From NCBI GenBank assembly GCA_027604505.1, contig JADIIX010000012.1, positions 1 through 64,000 on the forward strand: DNA of 64,000 nucleotides, written 5' to 3'. Shown piece by piece: positions 52,901-64,000 of this stretch. The notes beneath the pieces are model-generated. The model ran no database searches. It was not told the DNA's origin and saw nothing but the letters and a program-made list of their open reading frames with translations. Position 1 is the first letter of the stretch; every line of letters begins with the position of its first letter. Made by a program: the position numbers and the translations under genes. Origin of the DNA: Gonapodya sp. JEL0774. Its lineage: Eukaryota.

Positions 52901-55900
52901 CATGCTCTCTCGGCCCATGCAAGCTGCAGGCAACGTAGAAATGTGGCTTGGGACACTTCTCACCTCGATGCAAATGTCGGTCAACGATATTATTCGAGAA
53001 TCGGTCAGTCGAATGCACGAAATGGCATTAATCAAGTTCCTAGACGAGTACCCCGCCCAAATTGGTCTCCTCGGACTTCAAATCCTCTGGACTCAGATGA
53101 CTGAGGAGGGACTGTGGGTTTTTCAACCTTTCTTCGCTGTCAAGGGTTATCTAACAGTGATGCACCCATTGAAAGCAATGCCTCTAAGACTGACAAAAAG
53201 AAGATGACTTCCACTCTTCAGCGAGTCACGGACATATTGAATAGTCTCATCGAGGTAACAACGAAAGATTTGAGCAAAATGGATCGCACCAAGTACGAGA
53301 CATTCATCACCATTCAAGTTCATCACCGAGATGTTTCGGACAAGCTTGTAAAGACCCATATCAAAGCGGTCGATGATTTTGAGTGGCTGAAGCAAGCGAG
53401 ATTCTACTGGCATGAGACAAAGGACTGTTGCATTGCGTCCATTACCAACTTCGACTTCAAGTATCAGTGCGAGTACCTCGGTTGTACGGATCGACTCGTG
53501 ATCACCCCGCTCACAGATCGCTGTTACATCACACTTGGTCAAGCGATGGGAATGTCTCTAGGAGGATCTCCTGCAGGCCCTGCCGGAACCGGCAAAACAG
53601 AAACCACCAAGGACATGGGGAAAGCTCTTGGGAAGTGGGTCGTCGTTTTCAATTGCTCAGATCAAATGGATTACCGAGGGCTGGGACGGATCTACAAGGG
53701 TCTTGCCCAGAGTGGATGTTGGGGGTGTTTTGATGAATTCAATCGGATCGAGTTACCGGTCCTCTCCGTTGCTGCACAGCAAATTGGCTGCATTCTTGCT
53801 GCGAGGAAGGAAAGGAAAAAGACATTTGTCTTTACTGACGGGGAAACCGTTGAACTGAACCCGGAGGTTGGAATGTTCATCACTATGAACCCAGGCTATG
53901 CGGGTCGCGTCGAGCTGCCGGAAAACTTAAAAGTGCACTTCCGTTACGTAGCCATGATGGTTCCTGATCGGCAGATCATCATCCGGGTGAAACTAGCTGG
54001 TGCCGGTTTTATCAACAACATCGTCCTAGCGAAGAAGTTCTTCGTGCTCTACCGCTTGTGTGAAGAACAATTGTCGAAACAAGTTCACTACGACTTTGGT
54101 TTGAGAAACATTCTGTCCGTGCTCCGTACGAGTGGATCTGTGAAACGTGGCAACCCAGAGGACTCAGAGAACATCATTATGATGCGTGTTTTACGTGATA
54201 TGAACGTTTCCAAATTGGTAGATGAGGACGAAGCGCTCTTCATGAGTTTGGTGAATGATTTGTTCCCCGGTTTGACAGCCAAAAAGGGTTCCTATCCGCA
54301 GATGGAATCAGCAATAGACCAACAACTTCAAGAGGCTGGACTCATCAGTTATCCTCAATGGACCCTGAAACTTATACAGCTCTACGAAACCTGTAAAGTT
54401 AGACACGGAATCATGGTTCTTGGACCTCCTGGTGTGGGAAAGGTATGTTGAAGCCACAAATTTAACTATGATTATGTTCACCAGACGATTATATTTGCCC
54501 GAAGACTCGCTGCATTCATACTTTGCTTAAAGCTCTCACCGCCTGTGGAGATGGTCATAAGGAGATCCGTATGAATCCTAAGGCAATTACTGACTACCAG
54601 ATGTTCGGGCGTCTGGATGTCGCAACCAATGATTGGACCGATGGTATTTTCTCCGCCATATGGCGAAAAACTTTAAAAAAGAAGGGAGAATTTATCTGGA
54701 TGACATTGGATGGACCAGTCGATACTGTTTGGATTGAGTCACTCAATTCAGTCCTCGACGACAACAAATGTTTGACATTAGCTAATGGTGATCGTATCAG
54801 CATGTCACCTACTTGCAAACTTATGTTTGAGGTACATAGTTTGCGAAATGCGAGTCCGGCGACTGTTTCTCGTTGCGGCATGATTTATGTCGGAGTCACC
54901 GCTCTACCGTGGGAAGTCATTCTCCAGGGTTGGTTTAAAACCCGACCTCCCACGGAAGTTGCTATTCTAGAGCCGCTGTTTACTAGCATTTTTGGACCGG
55001 CATCTCAATTTGTCAACATTGAGCTCCACGCAAAGATGGACGTACCAGAGAGTACCTATGTTCAAACGGCGACAATGTTCTTAGCGGGCCTTATCCCTAA
55101 GTCTGACGCCCCTGCGAAATCTTCCATCGCGAGTGAACACTTGGAACGTCTTTTTGTGTTTGCCGTCTTCTGGACCCTTGGCTCGTTGCTAGAACTGGAT
55201 GAAAGGAAGAAGCTGCAATCGTTCCTAATGGAGAAGGCACCACAATTGAAGTTTCCGCCCATCGATTCGAACTCACCTGATACAATTTTTGAGTATTTTG
55301 TTGATGATGGTGGTAATTGGACTCACTGGCGGGATCGAGTCCCACGGTGGGAGTATCCTAACGATCGAGACCCAGAGTTTTCGAGTATTATCATCCCAAT
55401 GGTCGACAACGTACGTATGGAGTTTCTCATGGATCTTGTTGCAAAGCAGGGCAAAGCAGTGCTACTGATCGGGGAGCCAGGAACAGCTAAAACAGTTACG
55501 GCTCTCAAGTTTCTCAGCAAGCTGAATCCTGAGTCCCAACTCTTCAAAAAGCTCAATTTTTCTTCAGGTGAGATTCGATTCTACCTGTCCGGTCTTAATC
55601 TCGATCTCAGTTTGGTTTGCCCTGTGACTTCAACTACCAAGCCACCACCCCAATGATTTTCCAACGGACGGTTGAAAGTTACCTCGACAAGAGAATGGGC
55701 TCAACGTACGGTCCTCCTGCCGGGAAAAAAATGACGCTGTTTGTGGATGACATAAATATGCCAGAAATCAACGACTGGGGTGACGTGAGTATTCAACAGC
55801 CCGGTTTTTAATATTTATCCGATCTTTCTTATCCATATTGTCTGACATTACTAGCAAGTCACTGCAGAGCTCACACGTCAGCTTATGGAGTTCCAAGGTT

Positions 55901-58900
55901 TCTATTCACTAGATAGACCAGGTAAGAAAACTGGCTGTTGGCTTTGTGAGCGTACTCAAACATAGTCCTTTGTGTCACAACTCAAAGGCGACTGGATGGG
56001 TATTGTGGACTTGCAGTTCCTCGGGGCCATGATGCACCCAGGCGGTGGGCGCAACGACATCCCCGATCGTCTCAAGCGCCAATTCACAGTTCTAAACCTA
56101 ACAATTCCATCAGACGTGTCCGTTGATAGCATTTTTGGAACGATCATGGAAGGTCATTTTTGTGCCAACCGAGGCTTTGCGGAAGATGTCATCAACCTAT
56201 CCTCGAAATTGAGTCCATTGACAAGGCGTCTTTGGCAGGCCACCAAAATAAAAATGCTTCCCACTCCTGCCAAGTTCCATTACATTTTTAATCTCCGTGA
56301 CCTGAGCAGGATTGTGGAAGGGATGCTCAATACAAAACCGGAAACCGTTCCAAACGCTCAGATATTGGTCAACCTTTGGGAGCATGAGTGTTCACGGGTC
56401 ATTCCAGACAGATTCACCAACGCAGAAGATACCGACTGGTTCTCGAAACAAATGTATGCAATGGCCACCAAAGAAATGGGAGAAGATGTGGGGTCACTAG
56501 TGTCCAATAAGTCCTTCTGGGCAGATTTCCTTCGCGACCCTCCCGAGGTTGAAGATCCAGAGCAAGAGGTCGATTTGGAAGCTATCAAAGTTTATGAGAA
56601 GATTCCTTCCTGGGATGTGCTCCGAGAGAAGCTGACGGAGTACATGAAACAATACAACGAGACAGTGCGGGGCTCAAAAATGGATCTTGTGTTGTTTGAA
56701 GATGCTATGAAACATATCTGTAGAATATCTCGAATTCTACGGACTCCCAGAGGGAATGCACTCTTGGTGGGCGTCGGTGGTTCCGGGAAGCAGTCTTTGA
56801 CCAAACTCGCTGCATTCATTGCGAAAAGTCAGGTTTTCCAAATTGCGATTTCCAAGAATTATAATCTGACCAACCTGATGGATGATCTCAAGTTCATGTA
56901 CAAGATTGCTGGTGCGCAAGGAAAGTCAATGACGTTCATTTTTACTGATAATGAAGTCAAGGAAGAGAACTTCCTCGGATACTTGAACAATGTTTTGACT
57001 TCCGGAGAAGTCACCAATTTGTTCCCCAAAGACGAAATCATTGGAATAGCAACGGACCTGCGACTTCCCATGAAGAAGGCACGACCTCAAGTGCTCGACA
57101 CTCTGGAAAATCTGTGGCAGTTTTTCATAGATCGTGTGAAGTCAAACCTACACGTTGTGCTGTGCTTCTCCCCGGTGGGAGACAAGTTTAGAAACAGAGC
57201 GCTCAAGTTTCCTGGGTTAATCAGTGGCTGCACGATGGATTGGTTCAACAAATGGCCAAATGAGGCCTTACGCGCAGTCGCCGAAAAGTTTCTGGCAGAT
57301 GTAGAGCTTGCAAATACTGATCAAGTTCGAAAGGACCTTGTAAACCATCTTGCATTTACCCATGATGTTGTTTCGGACTCTTGTGGACAATATTTCCAGC
57401 AGTACCGACGCAAAACTCATGTGACGCCAAAATCTTATCTTTCATTTTTATCTTCATACAAACTTCTTTACAGGCAAAAAAGGAAAGAAGTTGGCGAATT
57501 AGCCGATAGAATGAATATGGGACTGGAGAAACTCTTGGAAGCAGCTAAAGCAGTTGCTGTGCTTCAGGAAGAGCTTGTCGTGAAAGAGAAAGACCTTGCT
57601 GTTGCATCAAAGCAGGCGGATGCCGTCCTTACCGAGGTAACGGCGAGTACTGCTTCAGCCGAAAAGGTTAAGGACGAAGTCCTGAAAGTCAAGAACAAAG
57701 CAGAGGGAATCGCTGTCGCGATCAAGGCAGACAAGACGGTTGCCGAAACTCAGCTAGAGGCTGCACGACCGGCCATTGAGGAGGCAACAGCGGCTTTGAA
57801 CTCGATCCAGCCCGCTCACATAGCCACAGTAAGAAAACTTGCAAAGCCGCCACATTTGATTATGCGCATTATGGATTGTGTCATATTGTTGCAAAAGAGG
57901 AAGATTGATAGCGTCACTCAAGATCCTGTGAGTGTTGAAACTTGATTTGTGTGCTCTTGGAACAAATGTCTGAGAAGCTTGCTGTAGGAACGGCCTTGTG
58001 CCAAGCCTTCGTGGTCAGAAGCTCTCAAATTGATGAGCCAGTCCGATTTCCTCTCATCGCTGCTCAACTTCCCGAAAGATGAAATGAACGAAGAAACGGT
58101 CGAACTTCTTGAACCATATTTGGAGATGCCCGATTTTAACTTGGAAGGTGCAAAAAAAGTCTCAGCTGATGTGGCGGGTCTCGCCTCTTGGGTGAAGGCC
58201 ATGTACACCTTCTACTTCATCAACAAGAAAGTTATTCCTTTGAAAGCAAACCTCGTTGTTGCTGAGTATAAACTTGGTCTGGCTATGGCAGATCTCGCGA
58301 AGGCTCAAGCTACGTTAGACGAGAAGCAAGCTGAGCTTGACGTTTTTAAAGCGAAGTATGATGCTGCCATTTCCCAAAAGCAAACATTACAAGCTGATGC
58401 CGACAGTTGCAAACGTAAAATGGCCGCGGCAACGGCACTTATTGGGGGTCTGTCAGGAGAAAAAATTCGGTGGACAGCTCAAAGCAAGGAGTTTGCCGAA
58501 AGGATTAGTCGTTTGGTTGGGGACGTGATGCTTGCCGTCGGATTCCTCTCTTATTGTGGACCTTTTAACCAAGTATTCCGATCACAACTTATTAGCGATT
58601 GGAAGAAAGAACTCGTCCGACAGAAGATTCCTTCCACTGACGAGCTCGATATTATTGGCTTGCTTGTCGACAACACGACCGTAGGGGAATGGAACATTCA
58701 AGGTTTACCTACCGATGAATTGTCAACTCAAAATGGTATCATTGTCACAACCGGCACACGATTCCCTTTGTTGATTGATCCTCAAAACCAAGCCAAGTCG
58801 TGGATAAAAACACGTGAGGAGAAGAACAAACTTCAAATCACCAGCTTGAATCATAAGTATTTCCGAACACATGTTGAGGATTGCGTCTCCCAAGGCCGTC

Positions 58901-61900
58901 CACTGCTCATTGAAGACGTCGAAGAAGCACTCGATCCAACACTGGATAATATTTTGGAGAAGAATTTGATTAGGTCTGGGAGGGCTTTCAAGGTCGTGTT
59001 TGGGGACAAGGAAGTCGACTATCATCCAGACTTCCAGTTGTTCATGACAACGAAATTACCAAATCCAAGTTATACTCCTGAAATTTACGCCAAAAGCTCT
59101 ATCATTGACTTTACTGTGACTTTGAAAGGTCTGGAGGAGCAACTTCTGGGGCGTGTAATTTCTCGCGAGAAACAAGAGCTTGAAACGGAGAGATCCAAAC
59201 TACTCGAGGAAGTGAACAGCAACAAAAAGAAGATGAAGCAGCTGGAGGACAATCTTCTTGAACGCCTCACGTCCACAAAAGGATCACTTGTCGACGATGA
59301 GTCTCTGATTGAGGTGCTTGCAACTACAAAAACAACTGCTGAGGAGGTAAATGAAAAGCTTATTACAGCTGCAGAGACCCAAAAGAAGATCAGCATTGCC
59401 AGAGAAGAGTACAGGCCTGTGGCGACTCGAGGAAGTATTATCTATTTCTTGATATCCGAAATGTCAATGGTGAACGTGATGTATCAAGTCAGCTTAAAAC
59501 AGTTCCTTGGTCTTTTTGACGAAAGCATGGAGAAGAGCCAGCCTTCCCCTATTCCAAGCAAGCGGATTCAAAACATCATAGAATACTGTACCTTCCGATG
59601 CTTTTCATATGTTGTTCGTGGGTTGTACGAAATCCACAAGCTGATGTTTGTGCTACTGCTCGCAATGAAGATCGATATCCAAACTGGCAAGATTAGTCAC
59701 GAAGAATTCAGAACATTCATTCGTGGCGGCGGTGCGCTTGACATAAACGCCGTCGCGAAGAAGCCATTTAATTGGATACCGGATGTAACGTGGCTCAATC
59801 TGGTGGCACTAAGCAAGATGCCTGGGTTCAATGACCTATTGAACCAAATAAGTAAAAACGAAAAACTGTGGAAGGGGTGGTACGAAAAGGATTCACCAGA
59901 GAATGAAATACTTCCGGGAGGGTATTCGAATTCCCTTGACGCGTTCCGTCGTTTGCTTCTCTTGAGGTCTTGGTGTATCGACCGGTCGGCTATGATGGCA
60001 AAGCAGTACATTGCAAGCTCCATGGGTGTCAGATTTGCCGAATCACAAGTTTTGGATCTGGATGCCCTTCTGACAGAAAGCGATAATCGCACGCCAATGA
60101 TTTGTTTGCTGTCAACTGGTGCTGACCCATCCGCAGATATCGAGAATCTGTCAAAAAAGTACAAGATTGAGATCAAAGCCATTTCCATGGGACAAGGACA
60201 AGAGATCCACGCCAGAAAGCTTCTCAGCACCTACATGGCAAATGGTGGCTGGGCTCTTCTTCAAAACTGCCATCTTGGCATTCCATTCATGGACGAACTA
60301 CTCGGTTTGATAACTGAAAGTGAAACCATAAATGATAAATTCCGCCTGTGGATCACAACGGACGTGACAACAAAGTTCCCTATCAACTTACTTCAATCAT
60401 CAATCAAGTTCACCAACGAACCCCCTCAGGGTCTCAAGGCTGGTCTTAAGCGGACGTACAACTGGCTCACTCAAGATATGCTCGACATGAGTGCACGTCC
60501 ACAATACAAACCCATACTTTATGGCTTAGCCTTCTTCCACTCGGTTGTCCAAGAAAGACGAAAGTTTGGCCCGATAGGTAGGTCCTCATGCCGTACTCAG
60601 CGAGCACAGGTAATTAAACAGATCTTTATCTATATCAGGTTGGAATATTCCATACGAATTCAATCAAGCTGATCTCGCCGCCAGCGTGCAATTCGTGCAA
60701 AATCATGTTGACGAACTAGCGCCAAAAGCACCGATCAATTGGGCGACAACACGTTACATGTTCTCTGAAGTTCACTACGGTGGCCGTGTCACAGATGATT
60801 TTGATCGCAGGTTGATCAACACGGTGAGACACCTAGGTTACATGTTTCGACGAAGCATCAACCTTAAATAGTCACTCTTTTTTCTTCATAAAGTACTCGA
60901 AAGTATGGTTTGGCGAGGACATGTTTAAAGATACTTTCTGCTTCTATAAAGGATACATCATACCTAACTTGAAAACAGTCGAAGAGTTCCGCGCTTCCAT
61001 CGAAACTTTGCCGCTTGTGGACACGCCAGATGTATTCGGTCTTCATCCTAATGCAGACATTTCCGGTCAGACAAAGTCGTCACAAAACATGCTCGATACT
61101 ATCATGAGCATCCAACCGAAAGACAGCGGGGGTGGGACGGGCGAGACTCGTGAAGACGCTGTCAAGCGGCTAGCCAACGACTTGCTGAGTAAATTGCCTG
61201 CGAACTTCGACCCACATTTCACAAAGCAAGCCATTACAAAACAAGGGGGAATTGTGAGTGAACATGAGTGGCAATCGCCTGTTTGTTGTCTGACATTGAA
61301 CTTACATGACCTCCTGCCAGAAACCTCTCAATATCTTCCTGGGTCAGGAAATTGACCGTATGCAGGCTGTCATATCTCTTGTCCGTGGAACCCTCAAGGA
61401 CTTGAAGCTGGCCATCGATGGTACTATCATTTTTAGCCCTCGACTACAGCAGGCTTTGGATTCGTTGTACGATGCCAGAGTTCCGGATAATTGGACTAAA
61501 ATCTCGTGGGTATCCCCAACACTTGGTCTTTGGTTTGGAGAGCTTGTCCAAAGAGGGGCTCAGTTCAAGGCATGGCTTGAGGAAGGCAGACCTTTGGTGT
61601 TCTGGCTGAGGTTGGTATTTTGGCGCGCACCTGTGTGGGGACAATCATGTTCTCAAACGTGCACACTCTTTCCATAGTGGATTTTTCAATCCGCAAGGTT
61701 TTCTTACTGCTGTGCGACAGGAAATTACACGAGCCCATCAGGGCTGGGCGTTGGACAACGTCAAGGTAAGATAATGGAGAATGTCTTTGGCGATCCTGAC
61801 TGATCTATGACCCTTTTACACTGTTAGCTTGCCCCTGAGGTTATGAAACAAATGAAAGAAGATATTACAGCTCCACCTGCGGAGGGTGTCTACATTCATG

Positions 61901-62299
61901 GACTTTTCATCGAGGGTGCGGGGTGGGACAGGAAGAACATCCGTCTGACTGAGTCCCAGCCCAAAGTGATTTTTACGGCCATGCCCGTAGTTTATGTAAA
62001 CGCTACAAACTCAACGGACGACGGGGACCCAAGGTTGTACAGGTGTCCAGTGTACAAAAGGTGGGCATATAAGATCGTTGCAACTAATTATCCACTCTAA
62101 CGAGGTTTTCCTTTTCGTAGACCTAAACGGACGGACTTGAACTACATTTTTGATGTTGAACTGAAACCTCAGCCGAATCAATCTCCGGACTACTGGGTGC
62201 GTTTACACATCATGTCCTTGCTACACTAATTTTTACCCACCAATCAATTCTATCGTACAGATTCTGCGCGGGGTTGGATTGCTGGCAAGCACGAGCTAA
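46998..62299 (+). CDS. Axonemal outer-arm dynein heavy chain, DNAH5/DNAH8 (ODA gamma) type, about 26 introns
   Basis: Tail motifs [22 protein letters not shown] and [12 protein letters not shown]-loops [53 protein letters not shown]-terminal [17 protein letters not shown]. Confidence 0.95.
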
Positions 62300-62418
62300 A
62301 ATGTGACTTCGCGGTTGTAAACCATTACATTTAACTATCATTGTCAAATATTCATTGCATTGTATATATACCCACATTTTGATTGTCACCTAATGTATGT
62401 CAAGAGAAGGACTCTTTA

Positions 62419-63959
62419 CTATTTCTCGATTTGCTTTGCCTCTGTATGATCGTCACTCCACTTGCTGGATAGGCGACTTTCTTGGAGTCGCGAGCACGTG
62501 ATCGGATCGTAATGGCTCGTATCATTCATCACCTGCAATCGAGCGAAGAGTCCATCACTCATCTATTCAAGCGAGAATCCACGCGGTAGGATTGACAAGA
62601 GGGGGCAGATGTTCACGTAAGGTGAATTTGATGAGGGTTCCCAGAAGCGCAAGACACAGAGGACGCCGTTAGTTTGACCACGCCCACGCAAGCCAAAAAC
62701 GGAGGGTAAACATAACACTGATATCGAGCTTACCTTCATGTCCAAGATGTTGAGACAGCATGGTTGCTGATCGAGATGGTCACGATACCGACGGAGATCG
62801 AAGCCCAAAAACGAACCCTACTGCGGAAATGCATATTATTCGTTCCTTTGCGAAAAAAGAACCATGGGTACCACCCACGATGAGCAATCGGATGGTGGCT
62901 TTGTGGCTGACAACGAGAACTGTTTCTCCCGGGTGGAGTTTCGCGATCTTGCGGATGCAAGGGAGGGAGCGGTTAAGCACCTGGGAGGGGTTCACGGAGC
63001 ACATAGAGGTGACCTGAGCGGTATACTAAAGAGTGCTTAAAGGTACGTTTCACGTACGGAGAGACCAGTTTCCCCACCTGGGGGTGCGTCTGAGGAGGTT
63101 GATAGGGGGGGTGGGAAGTGTTTCAGTTTGTTGGTGAGCACGTGCGCTCCCAGGCATTTCTTCGCTCTGAGAAGGTGAATGGCGCTCACATGTAAACGGA
63201 TCACTGTCCCACTCTTTGTACTCCTCAGCGTTGGCAGCTTGGACTTCTGCCCGAGTTTTCTGGGTAAAGTATTGGAAAGGACCAGTCGTCGAAGTGGATG
63301 CGTGATCGAAGGGCCAATGGACCAGTGCCAATGAGTTGGCGGCAATGCGTTAGGTATTGCGGCACCTTGCGAGCCGGAACTGAAAAGTTAAGGATGACTC
63401 ACCCCTTCCTGGGACGCAGAGTAACTGATTTGGTTAAAAACACAACAGAAAATCTGAGATTCGAACAGTCTCCACTCACCCATTTTCCATGATCGATCTC
63501 TTTCAAACCATCCATTACTTGCACAGGCAGGGGGTCAATATCGTTTCTTTCAGAGAGGATGGTTTTGGCAGTAGTTATGCATCGGTCCATTGGCGAGGCA
63601 TATACGGCTGCGATGGAAGTTCCAGCGAGGCGTATTCCGAGAGCTTAATGAAAGCAGTGCGCACATGTTCGAGACAGTTTCTCCCTGTCGCAGGTCGTCA
63701 AGGCACATGTTGAGGAACACACCTTTAGCCTGCGACTTGCCGACATCGCTGAGGGCGACATTCGTGGATCCTGCAAACCTATCTTCTGCCGAAAGTTCAG
63801 TGGCTTCACAATAAAAGAGGGTCCCCGAATACAACATTCAGTGATAGTGATAGGAAGGATGTGAATCCGTAGCCTGTCTGGCCCCAAAACGGCGATGAAT
63901 GCTGGCTAGCAGTAAATACCTCCATGGCGGACGAGGAGAATGCGCGTGCGTGGTGCCAT
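62419..63959 (-). CDS. Histidine phosphatase (phosphoglycerate mutase family), 9 exons
   Basis: MAPRTRILLVRHG|ATELSAEDRFAG, YASPMDRC, GLKEIDHGKW|EG|KT, PPGGETG, VLVVSHKATIR, NDTSHY; stop TAG 62419-62421. Confidence 0.9.
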
Positions 63960-64000
63960 TGTGTCGATTTTGCAAAGGATGTCACTCGAGTGAATTGGAA

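Noticed and set aside
1..64000. CRISPR arrays, tRNA/rRNA genes, TPP riboswitch, transposon ORFs or terminal repeats
   Set aside because: No such motifs recognised by eye; an Infernal, tRNAscan-SE or RepeatMasker run would be needed to exclude divergent copies.

Overview
Eukaryotic, intron-rich, gene-dense genomic DNA, most likely from a flagellated early-diverging (zoosporic) fungus. This is an inference from fungal-type Pma1, Tps1 and Apl1 genes next to an axonemal outer-arm dynein heavy chain. Manual splicing of the ORF fragments gives 15 protein-coding genes: a 3'-truncated hypothetical gene, ATR/Mec1 kinase, ELL elongation factor, TRM5, CCA1, a GSKIP-domain protein, L-2-hydroxyglutarate dehydrogenase, plasma-membrane H+-ATPase, prolyl 4-hydroxylase, an unannotated tandem C4 zinc-finger protein, a fused trehalose-6-P synthase/phosphatase, AP-2 beta adaptin, a standalone MaoC-type enoyl-CoA hydratase 2, a DNAH5/8-type dynein heavy chain, and a bacterial-like histidine phosphatase. 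I could not support any RNA gene, transposon or CRISPR array. The most notable signals concern RNA processing: 5-18 nt microexons carrying conserved motif residues, frequent AAG 3' splice sites, a CAG/TAG tandem acceptor, and candidate dual-targeting mechanisms (a non-AUG presequence in TRM5, two ATGs in CCA1, a cryptic intron creating a PTS1-like end). Exon boundaries were read by eye and need RNA-seq confirmation.
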